Notes under the pieces: generated by a model
Seen by the model: the letters and a program-made list of their open reading frames with translations, nothing else
Database searches by the model: none
Told to the model about the DNA's origin: nothing
Program-made: the position numbers and the translations under genes
Shown: piece by piece, positions 8,375 through 15,698 of the stretch
How positions within the stretch are numbered: position 1 is the stretch's first letter
Layout of the letters: each line of letters begins with the position of its first letter
From: Candidatus Limnocylindria bacterium
GTDB lineage: Bacteria > Chloroflexota > Limnocylindria > QHBO01
Reading direction: 5' to 3'
DNA: 35,008 nt
NCBI GenBank assembly: GCA_036560125.1
Contig: DATBRW010000015.1
Coordinates: 1-35,008 of the forward strand

Positions 8375-8467
8375 ATGAACCTCCCGAAGAACGTTCCGCA
8401 CGCGTTCCGTCTGGTTACGCCACCGAGTGGCGCCGACGACGGGAGATCTGCGCCCGCCTCGAGCTGA
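8375..8467 (+). CDS. Possible 30-codon leader/small ORF (MNLPKNVPHAFRLVTPPSGADDGRSAPASS)
   Basis: An ATG-initiated ORF between the candidate promoter and a strong intrinsic terminator. The Shine-Dalgarno is weak (GAAGG immediately upstream, GAGGA 13 nt upstream). No family recognised. Confidence 0.25.
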   Translation: MNLPKNVPHAFRLVTPPSGADDGRSAPASS

Positions 8468-8504
8468 CGAGACGGCGGCAAGGCCGCCAATCAGACGCCA
8501 CGAG

Positions 8505-8534
8505 CCGTGGGCCAGATCGGGTCCACGGTTTTTT
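8505..8534 (+). terminator. Rho-independent terminator-like hairpin followed by a T6 run
   Basis: CCGTGGGCC (8505-8513) pairs with GGTCCACGG (8520-8528): 9 bp including one G-U, with a 6-nt loop, followed directly by TTTTTT (8529-8534). The upstream CCACG (8499-8503) can pair alternatively with CGTGG (8507-8511), giving a possible anti-terminator. Confidence 0.6.
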
Positions 8535-8557
8535 GATGCCCCATCGGCATCAGCCAA

Positions 8558-8597
8558 GAGCCGCGGATCCGCCGGGACCGCGGCTCGTTCTTTCTTC
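8558..8597 (+). terminator. Second terminator/attenuator-like hairpin just upstream of the ABC operon
   Basis: GAGCCGCGG (8558-8566) pairs with CCGCGGCTC (8578-8586): a perfect 9-bp GC-rich stem with an 11-nt loop, followed by the T-rich GTTCTTTCTTC. It ends about 15 nt before the ATG at 8612. Confidence 0.35.
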
Positions 8598-8611
8598 GAG
8601 ACAGGGGACAC

Positions 8612-9544
8612 ATGGCCACACACGAGGGACCAGACATGACCGGCATCGCAGAACAACTGAAGACCGATGCGGCCGTCGCCGATGAGCGGCGCGGCCTGGT
8701 GCCGGCTGCCCTTCCGGAGACGAAGCCTGAGGCTCCGGTGGCGGTGCTGGTCGAGCATCTGACCAAGTCCTTCGTGGTCGGCCGCCGCAAGAAGCCCGTG
8801 ATGGCGATCAACGACGTGTCGTTGATCATCCGCCGCGGCGAGATCTACGGCGTGCTGGGTGCCAATGGCAGCGGCAAGTCGACCCTGATCCGGCTGATGA
8901 GCACGCTGCTCACGCTGGACACCGGACGGGTCGAGGTGTTCGGCCACGACATCGAGCGCGACGAGATGGCGGTCAAGCGCCTGATCAACCGGGTCAGCGT
9001 GGACGCCGCGTTCTTCAAGAAGCTCAGCCCGTACGAGAACCTGGTCTACGCGGCGCGCCTGTACGGCCTGGATGCCGGCAAGGCGAAGGCCGATGCGGTC
9101 CGGATCCTCGAGCGGCTGGGCATCAGCGAGAAGCGGCTGGGCCGTCCGCTGGAGCAGATGAGCAGGGGCATGCAGCAGAAGGTCGCCATCGCGCGGGCGC
9201 TGCTGACCAGCCCGGTGCTGCTGCTCCTGGACGAGCCTACGACGGGGCTCGATCCGCGATCGAAGCTGGACGTTCAGACCTTCGTGGAGGACATGCGCGA
9301 CGAGCACAACGCCACGATCGTGCTGACCACGCACGACCTGGACGAGGCGGATCGGCTGTGCGATCGGATCGCGATCCTCAACGACGGAAGGATCGTCGAA
9401 GAGGACGCGCCGGCCGCGCTCAAGGCAATGGTCGCCGAGCGATATGGGATGGAGCCCACGCTGGAGAGCGCCTTCATGCGCTTCACCGGCCGCTCCCTCG
9501 ACGACGACATCGAGGAAGACGACACAGAGAACGACGACGAGTGA
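8612..9544 (+). CDS. ABC transporter ATP-binding protein (ABC-2/DrrA-like exporter ATPase)
   Basis: All catalytic motifs are canonical: Walker A GANGSGKST, signature MSRGMQQK, Walker B LLLLDEPTTGLD, H-loop LTTHD. An alternative start exists at 8636 (MTGIAEQ). Confidence 0.9.
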   Translation: MATHEGPDMTGIAEQLKTDAAVADERRGLVPAALPETKPEAPVAVLVEHLTKSFVVGRRKKPVMAINDVSLIIRRGEIYGVLGANGSGKSTLIRLMSTLLTLDTGRVEVFGHDIERDEMAVKRLINRVSVDAAFFKKLSPYENLVYAARLYGLDAGKAKADAVRILERLGISEKRLGRPLEQMSRGMQQKVAIARALLTSPVLLLLDEPTTGLDPRSKLDVQTFVEDMRDEHNATIVLTTHDLDEADRLCDRIAILNDGRIVEEDAPAALKAMVAERYGMEPTLESAFMRFTGRSLDDDIEEDDTENDDE

Positions 9545-9565
9545 TGAGAAAGGAGGTGAGAAACC

Positions 9566-9763
9566 GTGTGGATTCATCCGACCCCCAAGGAGGTGGTCGC
9601 CTATCACGAGGAGCTCGTGGCGCAGCTGCACCGCGACATCCACGGATCGGGCGCGCCGCGTCCGGAGCGTCGCCAGGTGCGGCGCTGGGTCGGTCGTCAG
9701 CTGGTGCGAGTCGGCACCCGGCTGGCGGCGGACCCGTCTATGCGGCCGGTCCGGTCCCTGTAA
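9566..9763 (+). CDS. Hypothetical 65-aa basic protein encoded between the ABC ATPase and permease genes
   Basis: The GTG start is preceded by the best Shine-Dalgarno in the window (AAGGAGGTGA, 9550-9559, 9-nt spacing from GGAGG). It sits in the 263-nt gap between two genes of one operon. No TM segment and no family recognised. Confidence 0.55.
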   Translation: MWIHPTPKEVVAYHEELVAQLHRDIHGSGAPRPERRQVRRWVGRQLVRVGTRLAADPSMRPVRSL

Positions 9764-9807
9764 TGGGACTCGGGCCGGCGTAGCCCACGTCGACAGGAGC
9801 AACCGCA

Positions 9808-10608
9808 ATGGCACTCATGACCCGCGAGCTGAGGGCGTCCTACGCCTTCGTTGAGCGGAACTTCAATCTCTCCAAGCGATATTGGGGCTGGGAAGTGGCC
9901 TGGCTCATTTACTCGGTCGCCGGTGCGCTGGCAGTCAGCCTCATCGGTCGGGCCGAGGGAAGTGAGACGCTGCTGCTCACCCTGGTCATCGGCGCCATCT
10001 TCTGGAGCTACCTGTCGATCGTCTTCGAGTTCATCGCTGACGCGGTCCAGTGGGAGCGCTGGGAGGGGACCCTGGAGTACACCTTCATGGCCCCGGTGCG
10101 GCGGTATGCCCAGCTGCTGGGAGCGGCCGCGTACGCGGTCATGTTCGGCCTGGTGCACACCATCTTCGTGCTGGTGATCCTGTCGCTCTTCTTCGAGCTG
10201 GACCTGTCGCATGCGAACTTCGCCACCGCGGCGATGTTCACGCTGCTGGGCACGATCAGCTTCGCCGGCATCGGGATCGCGGCGTCGATCCTGCCGCTGG
10301 TGTACGTGGAGCGCGGTGCGCAGATGGTCTTCGTCATCCAGTCGGTGCTGCTGCTGGTGAGCGGGGTCTACTACAGCGTGGAGATCCTGCCCCAGTGGAT
10401 GCAGGTGATCAGCGCCTTCTCGCCGGCCACCTACGTGCTGGACGGCGTGCGCGAGGGCCTGATCAACGGCAAGGGCATCGACAGCCTGCTGCACGACGTG
10501 TGGCCGCTGCTGATCATGGCCGTGGTCTTCATCCCTGCTGGGACGTGGGCCTTCGGTCGGGCGGAGCGCTACGCGAAGCGCACCGGAAAGCTGAAGCGCG
10601 TCGGATGA
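9808..10608 (+). CDS. ABC-2 type transporter permease
   Basis: 266 aa with six predicted TM helices. N-terminus ELRASYAFVERNFNLSKRYWGWEV and overall layout are typical of ABC-2 (DrrB/NodJ-like) permeases. AGGAG lies 9 nt upstream of the ATG. Confidence 0.85.
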   Translation: MALMTRELRASYAFVERNFNLSKRYWGWEVAWLIYSVAGALAVSLIGRAEGSETLLLTLVIGAIFWSYLSIVFEFIADAVQWERWEGTLEYTFMAPVRRYAQLLGAAAYAVMFGLVHTIFVLVILSLFFELDLSHANFATAAMFTLLGTISFAGIGIAASILPLVYVERGAQMVFVIQSVLLLVSGVYYSVEILPQWMQVISAFSPATYVLDGVREGLINGKGIDSLLHDVWPLLIMAVVFIPAGTWAFGRAERYAKRTGKLKRVG

Positions 10609-10667
10609 GCACGAAACGAGACACGGGCAACGCAACGGACGGGAATGCAATCTCACGGAGCTCTCAC

Positions 10668-11696
10668 ATGGCACTACCAATGACCGATGAGCCGATGAGC
10701 GACACGGCGGGCCTCCCCGCCGGCGTCGCCATGCGGCCGTTCGCCGGCGACGAGGACCTCAAGGTCTTCGTCGAGATCGCCAATGCCGCGAATGCGGAGG
10801 ACCGCGTGGAGGAGCGCACCAGCTTCGACGCGCTGCAGAACTGGGTTGGTCACCCGTCGCGCACGTTCGATGCGGCGCGGGACGTGGCCGTGGTGACGGT
10901 CGACGGCAAGCCGATCGCCTACGGCTGGACCACCTGGGTCGACTCCAGCGACGGCGTGCGCGACTACTCGACGCGCGGCCACGTCCATCCGGCGCGGCGG
11001 CGACGCGGCATCGGCACCGCCATCCTGCGGCACAACGAGGCCCGCCTGCGGCGCCTCGCAGCCGAGCACGCGACGGATCGGCCCCGGTTCTATTCGGCCT
11101 TCGCGCCCGACACTCGTCTGGGCGCGGTGGCGCTGCTGAAGGGGCAGGCCTACCAGCCGGTGCGCTACTTCTTCGACATGGTGCGGCCGACGCTGGACGA
11201 GATCGAGGTGCCGGACCTGCCGGAGGGACTGGAGCTCCGGCCGGTGGCCGGTCGCGACCAGATGCGGCAGCTGTTCGACGCCGATGTCGAGGCCTTCCTG
11301 GATCACTGGGGTGGCTTTGACGCCACCGATGCGGCGTTCGAGCAGTGGATGGCCGATCCGGACTACCAGCCGGAGCTGTTCGTGGTGGCCTGGGACGGCG
11401 ACGAGATCGCCGGATCGGTCACCAATGTCATCAACGAGCGCGAGAACGCCGAGCTCGGGCGCCTGCGCGGTCTGCTGGACAGCGTCTCGGTGCGGCGCCC
11501 ATGGCGTGGCCGCGGCCTGGGCTTCGCGCTCGTCATGCGCAGCCTGGAGCTGCTGCGCGAGCGCGGCATGACGAGCGCGTGGCTGGGCGTCGACGCGGAG
11601 AACCCAACGGGCGCGCTGCGCCTCTATGAGAAGGCCGGCTTCGCGGTGGACACCCGCGCGGCCGCGTACCGGAAGCCAATGGAGATGGACTCATGA
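10668..11696 (+). CDS. Two-domain GNAT N-acetyltransferase, mycothiol synthase (MshD)-like, paralog 1
   Basis: The ORF-track entry 10050..11696 runs through the permease gene in another frame. A plausible start is ATG 10668 (GGAG 7 nt upstream). ATG 10605, overlapping the permease stop as ATGA, is the alternative. GNAT cores: RGHVHPARRRRGIGTAIL and VSVRRPWRGRGLGFALV...GVDAENPTGALRLYEKAGF. Confidence 0.8.
   Translation: MALPMTDEPMSDTAGLPAGVAMRPFAGDEDLKVFVEIANAANAEDRVEERTSFDALQNWVGHPSRTFDAARDVAVVTVDGKPIAYGWTTWVDSSDGVRDYSTRGHVHPARRRRGIGTAILRHNEARLRRLAAEHATDRPRFYSAFAPDTRLGAVALLKGQAYQPVRYFFDMVRPTLDEIEVPDLPEGLELRPVAGRDQMRQLFDADVEAFLDHWGGFDATDAAFEQWMADPDYQPELFVVAWDGDEIAGSVTNVINERENAELGRLRGLLDSVSVRRPWRGRGLGFALVMRSLELLRERGMTSAWLGVDAENPTGALRLYEKAGFAVDTRAAAYRKPMEMDS
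11386..11423 (+). repeat. 38-nt exact repeat, copy A (inside GNAT paralog 1)
   Basis: ctgttcgtggtggcctgggacggcgacgagatcgccgg is identical to 12389-12426. The flanking bases differ. Confidence 0.9.
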
Positions 11697-12709
11697 CGAC
11701 CGATGCACGGGTGATCGAGCTGGCTCGCCCAGAGATCGAGGGTTTGAGCCTGCGCACGTATCGGCCCGGTGACGGGAAGGCCATCAGCGAGCTGGCCAAC
11801 CGCGTCTTTGAAGCCGATGACGTGCCGTGGCGCACCGATCCGGAGGAGCAGGAGAACTGGCTGTCGGCCGGCAACGAGCACTTCGACCCGGCGCGGGACG
11901 CGTTCATGGTCGAGGTTGACGGCACGCTGGTGGCCAACGCCGACATGGAGTGGGTCGACACCACCGATGGCCTGCGCGAGTACCGCATGGGCTGCCTGGT
12001 CGACCCGGCCTGGCGCCGACGCGGGATCGGGACCTGGCTCCAGCGCACGCTGGAGGCTCATGTCACGGGGCTGGCGGCCGCCAACCCGACCGACCGACCC
12101 CTGGCCATGGGGTCCTGGGCCGCTGACTCGGAGACGGAACGGATCGAGCTGTTGACCCGGTTCGGGTTCCAGCCGGCGCGCTATTTCTTCGAGATGGTGC
12201 GGCCCGCGCTGGACGAGATCGAGCAGCCGGTCATGCCAGACGGCATCGAGGTGCGGCCGGTGAGCGAAGCGCAGCTGCGCCAGCTGTGGGAGGCGGATAT
12301 CGAGGCGTTCCGTGACCACTGGGGTGGTTTCGACGGGTCGGAGGAGCGATTCCAGCAGTGGATGCGCGACCCGAAGTTCGATCCCAGCCTGTTCGTGGTG
12401 GCCTGGGACGGCGACGAGATCGCCGGCGGCGTGATCAACGAGATCAACGCCACGGAGAACGCCGCCTTCGGCCGTCAGCGCGGCTGGCTGCGCAGCGTCT
12501 TCGTCCGCCGGGAATGGCGGCGACGCGGCTTGGGCAAGGCGATCGTGCTGCGATCGCTGGAGGTCTTCCGCGACCGCGGGATGACCAGCGCCGGGCTGGG
12601 CGTGGACGCGGATAACCCGACCGGCGCCATGGGCCTGTACACGGGCACGGGCTTCGAAACGGAGGTCCGCTCGAGCGCCTACCGCAAGCCGATGGAGACC
12701 GCCGCGTGA
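11693..12709 (+). CDS. Two-domain GNAT N-acetyltransferase, MshD-like, paralog 2
   Basis: ATGA overlap with paralog 1. It has the same architecture and is colinear with paralogs 1 and 3: LVDPAWRRRGIGTWL; VFVRREWRRRGLGKAIV...GVDADNPTGAMGLYTGTGF. Confidence 0.85.
   Translation: MTTDARVIELARPEIEGLSLRTYRPGDGKAISELANRVFEADDVPWRTDPEEQENWLSAGNEHFDPARDAFMVEVDGTLVANADMEWVDTTDGLREYRMGCLVDPAWRRRGIGTWLQRTLEAHVTGLAAANPTDRPLAMGSWAADSETERIELLTRFGFQPARYFFEMVRPALDEIEQPVMPDGIEVRPVSEAQLRQLWEADIEAFRDHWGGFDGSEERFQQWMRDPKFDPSLFVVAWDGDEIAGGVINEINATENAAFGRQRGWLRSVFVRREWRRRGLGKAIVLRSLEVFRDRGMTSAGLGVDADNPTGAMGLYTGTGFETEVRSSAYRKPMETAA
12389..12426 (+). repeat. 38-nt exact repeat, copy B (inside GNAT paralog 2)
   Basis: Identical to 11386-11423. 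Both encode LFVVAWDGDEIAG. Confidence 0.9.
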
Positions 12710-13743
12710 TCGAGACGGATCGCGAGCTGGAGCAGCTGGCGGCAGAGGCACCGGACATCCCGGGCCTCCGCTTCCGGCGGCTGCGCCTGCCAGACGATCT
12801 GCCGGCGCTCTCCGAGATGCACAATCGAGCGGCAGCCGCCGATGACATCGACGAGCGCGAATCGGCGGAGGATTGGGACAACTGGCTCGCACACCCGTCC
12901 GGGTTCGATCCGATGGTCGACTGCCTAGTCGGCGACCTCGACGGCACGATCGTTGCTTACGCCCAGGCCCGCGCGGAGGACGACAACGATGGTGGGCGGA
13001 ACTACACCGCCGGCGGCGAAGTGGACCCCGGTGTCAGGGGTCGAGGCATCGGGCGAGCGGTGCTGCAGCACAACATCCGCCACCTGCGGGCCCGCGCCGA
13101 GCTCGAGCAGGCCACGGCGCCGGGGGCCGCTTCAAGGGAGCGGCGGCTGGAAAGCTGGGCCTTCGAGGCGCAGCCACGGCGCGTCAGGTTGCTCGAGTCG
13201 GAGGGATTCGAGGTCGTGCGCTGGTTCTTCGAGATGCTGCGCCCGAACCTGGATGACATCCAGCCGCTCCCCATGCCGGACGGCCTGGAGATCCGACCGG
13301 TCGCGCCGGAGGATCACCGAAAGATATTCGAGGCGGATGTGGAGGCGTTCCGCGATCACTGGGGCGCCATGGAATTAGGTGAGAACACATTCCAGCGCTT
13401 CTTCAGCGGTCCCGGCTTTCAACCGGACCTGTGGCGCGTCGCGTGGGACGGCAACGAGGTGGCCGGCGTCGTCATGAACAAGATCATGATCGCGTTCAAC
13501 GACGCGTCGGGCGAGCGGCGCGGTGAGCTGGCCGGGGTCAGCGTCCGTCGCCGCTGGCGGAGGCGTGGGCTCGCTCGCGCGCTCGTGGCGGAGTCGCTGC
13601 GCGCCCTGCGCGACGGGGGGATGACCAGTGCGGTCCTGGGCGTGGACGCCGAGAACCCGACCGGCGCGCTGGGGGTCTACGAGGCCAACGGCTTCGGCGT
13701 CCACCGCAAGGGGATGAACTACCGCCGCCCGCTGGCGAGCTGA
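12706..13743 (+). CDS. Two-domain GNAT N-acetyltransferase, MshD-like, paralog 3
   Basis: GTGA overlap with paralog 2. Motifs: EVDPGVRGRGIGRAVL; VSVRRRWRRRGLARALV...GVDAENPTGALGVYEANGF. Confidence 0.85.
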   Translation: MIETDRELEQLAAEAPDIPGLRFRRLRLPDDLPALSEMHNRAAAADDIDERESAEDWDNWLAHPSGFDPMVDCLVGDLDGTIVAYAQARAEDDNDGGRNYTAGGEVDPGVRGRGIGRAVLQHNIRHLRARAELEQATAPGAASRERRLESWAFEAQPRRVRLLESEGFEVVRWFFEMLRPNLDDIQPLPMPDGLEIRPVAPEDHRKIFEADVEAFRDHWGAMELGENTFQRFFSGPGFQPDLWRVAWDGNEVAGVVMNKIMIAFNDASGERRGELAGVSVRRRWRRRGLARALVAESLRALRDGGMTSAVLGVDAENPTGALGVYEANGFGVHRKGMNYRRPLAS

Positions 13744-13746
13744 GCC

Positions 13747-14955
13747 TCAGCGCCCGGTGGCGCGCTCTGCCAGCACTCGATCGCGGACCTCCTGGTAGAA
13801 GTCCACGATCTGCTCGGTGACGCGGTCCCAGGAATACTCCGGCGCGCGAGCGCGACCCGCCTCACCCATGCGGTGCCGCAGCTCCTCATCGTTGGAGAGC
13901 GCGTACAGCGCGGCAGCCAGGGCGCGGTAGTTCTTGGGCTCCACCAGCAGGCCCTGCACGCCGCGTTGCACCACCTGCTTGTAGCCGTGGATGTCGCTGG
14001 CCACGATCGGCACGCCGGCGGCCATCGCCTCCAGCAGCACAATGCCAAAGCTTTCCTGGCCGGTGGCCGGCGCGCAGAAGATGTCGGCGCTCGCGAAGTA
14101 CCGCGCCTTGGCCTCGTCGGTGACGCGGCCCAGCAGCTCCACGTCGCGGATCTGGCGCAGGCCGATGAAGCGGCGGTACTCGCGGGCCTTCGGCCCTGAC
14201 CCGATCACCAGCAGCCGGGCATCGACGTGGCGCTTGCGCAGCCGGTGGTAGGCCTTCAGCAGATGGATCAGGCCCTTGCGCTCCTCGAAGCGGCCCACGA
14301 ACAGGATGTTGACCGTCCCGTCGCGCAGCTCCTCCATGGGCTCCGCATCGGCGTATAGGTCCAGGTCCACCCCGTTGGGAATGATCCGGTATTCGCCGGG
14401 GAAGTAGCGGCTGATGAAGTGACGCGCCGCCCCGCTCACCGCGATGCGCCCGTCGAGCTTGTTGGCCAGCTGCGAGGCGAAGCGCTTGCCGACCCAGTAC
14501 GACGGCGAGAAGCCGCCGAAGGCGTGGAAGGTGCCGATGTTGACGGTGTCCGACTGGTCGAGCATGGTCGGCGACAGGAAGGGCACCAGCGGCTCGTGGA
14601 AGTGCAGGACGTCGAAGCGATGCTCGGCCAGCAGGTCGCGCGCCCGCTCCTTGAAGCGCCAGCTGAGCGTGACGCGGCCCATGCTGCCGTTGGTCGGGAA
14701 GGCGTAGCCCGTGCCAAGGCGGATGACGTGGCCCTCCGTCTCGCGTTCCTTGCCGTACTTGCTGGTGATGATCCAGACGTCATGGCCCAGGCGGCGCATG
14801 GCTTCGTACGTGTGCCGCACGTGCTCGTTCACCCCGCCCGGATGCGGGTAGCCGTATGGGCTGACGATGCCGACCTTCAGCGGACCGCGAACAGGGGTTG
14901 GCTGGACCGATGGATCGGCGAGACGGCGCTCCTGGGCGACCTGGACCTGCGTCAT
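13747..14955 (-). CDS. pimA: GT4 glycosyltransferase, phosphatidylinositol alpha-mannosyltransferase (PimA)-like
   Basis: Colinear with mycobacterial PimA as I recall it: VGIVSPYGYPHPGGVNEHV, DVLHFHEP, GRIAVSGAAR, IIPNGVD, ESFGIVLLEAMAAGVPIVASD. Start chosen at ATG 14955, which overlaps the upstream stop (ATGA). The ORF track uses GTG 14961. Confidence 0.85.
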   Translation of the reverse strand: MTQVQVAQERRLADPSVQPTPVRGPLKVGIVSPYGYPHPGGVNEHVRHTYEAMRRLGHDVWIITSKYGKERETEGHVIRLGTGYAFPTNGSMGRVTLSWRFKERARDLLAEHRFDVLHFHEPLVPFLSPTMLDQSDTVNIGTFHAFGGFSPSYWVGKRFASQLANKLDGRIAVSGAARHFISRYFPGEYRIIPNGVDLDLYADAEPMEELRDGTVNILFVGRFEERKGLIHLLKAYHRLRKRHVDARLLVIGSGPKAREYRRFIGLRQIRDVELLGRVTDEAKARYFASADIFCAPATGQESFGIVLLEAMAAGVPIVASDIHGYKQVVQRGVQGLLVEPKNYRALAAALYALSNDEELRHRMGEAGRARAPEYSWDRVTEQIVDFYQEVRDRVLAERATGR

Positions 14956-15698
14956 CGCCACTCTCCTGTGGGACGGAAAGTATGGCGCAGGTGGCGGCCC
15001 TTGGCGACGAGCTGCCGGCCGTAGACCGAGATGTTGTGCCAGCCGCTCCAGTGCTCGCCGGCAGGCTCGGTCGCCCGCGCGGCGATGGCCTGCCGGTAGT
15101 CCGCCGCGGTCGCGCCCGCGAACCAGGTCCAGCCGGTGCCGACGTGCTCGAGCACGTGGGCGTCGGAATTGCCGACCCCTGCCAGGTGCAGGAACCGTTC
15201 GTTCAGCCGATTGCGCTCGAGGCGGCGCACACGACCCGCGGCGCTTGGGTTGTGGAGCTCGATCGCGTCCAGGTGATGCCGCGGATCGGGGTCTCGCTGG
15301 AGGGTGAGCAGGCTGCGGCGGCCGAGGCTGGGGGTCAGCGGCGCGAGCGGGTGCGCGGCGATGGCCAGCCCGCCTTGGTCGTGAATGCGTTCCAGGGTCT
15401 CGGGCAGCGGCCGCAAGGCGGGAATGCGCTCCTCGATGAACAGGGCCAGCACGTGGCCACGGCGGGTGGTGATCTCCTCGCCGACGACCAGGTCGAAGTG
15501 GAAGTCGCCCGCTTCGTGGATCTCGCGGGCGCGCAGCGCGCCGTCCAGGCGCTCGTGATCGGTGATCGCCATCAGATCGAGGTCGGTCTGCGCCTCGATG
15601 TGCTGGAGCAGGGCGTCGACCGCGACGGTGCCGTCCGAATAGAGCGTGTGCAGGTGCATGTCGGCTTTGCCACGGGTGCCCCCGCTGCGGGGCGTCAC
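14952..15698 (-). CDS. PHP-domain metal-dependent phosphoesterase
   Basis: ADMHLHTLYSDGTVAVDALL...DLMAITDHERLDG...AIAAHP...GNSDAHV are PHP (polymerase/histidinol-phosphatase) metal-ligand motifs. Start chosen at GTG 15698, overlapping the upstream stop (GTGA). ATG 15659 is the alternative; the ORF-track start 15755 would overlap the upstream gene by 61 nt. Confidence 0.8.
   Translation of the reverse strand: MTPRSGGTRGKADMHLHTLYSDGTVAVDALLQHIEAQTDLDLMAITDHERLDGALRAREIHEAGDFHFDLVVGEEITTRRGHVLALFIEERIPALRPLPETLERIHDQGGLAIAAHPLAPLTPSLGRRSLLTLQRDPDPRHHLDAIELHNPSAAGRVRRLERNRLNERFLHLAGVGNSDAHVLEHVGTGWTWFAGATAADYRQAIAARATEPAGEHWSGWHNISVYGRQLVAKGRHLRHTFRPTGEWR

Noticed and set aside
8298-8535. Assignment of the ABC-operon leader to a known riboswitch class (considered guanidine-I/ykkC, TPP, cobalamin, c-di-AMP)
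   Set aside because: Only scattered short resemblances (e.g. CTAGCGAGGATCG, ACGACGGGAGA). None of the conserved cores I remember (CUAGGGUUCCG...GGUCCGAGAG, CUGAGA...ACCUGAUCUGG, the B12 box) is present. It is reported only as an unclassified structured leader.
8081-9814. 577-aa minus-strand ORF antisense to the ABC ATPase gene and leader region
   Set aside because: Arg/Gly/Pro/His-rich low-complexity translation with no recognisable motifs. It lies opposite a gene with perfect ABC ATPase motifs. This is the typical shadow ORF of high-GC DNA, where stops are rare in antisense frames.
10050-10667. Run-through ORFs 10050..11696 and 20871..23201, which start inside the preceding gene
   Set aside because: Their 5' parts are off-frame translations of the permease genes. 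The real genes begin at 10668 (or 10605) and at 21558, where family-typical N-termini start.
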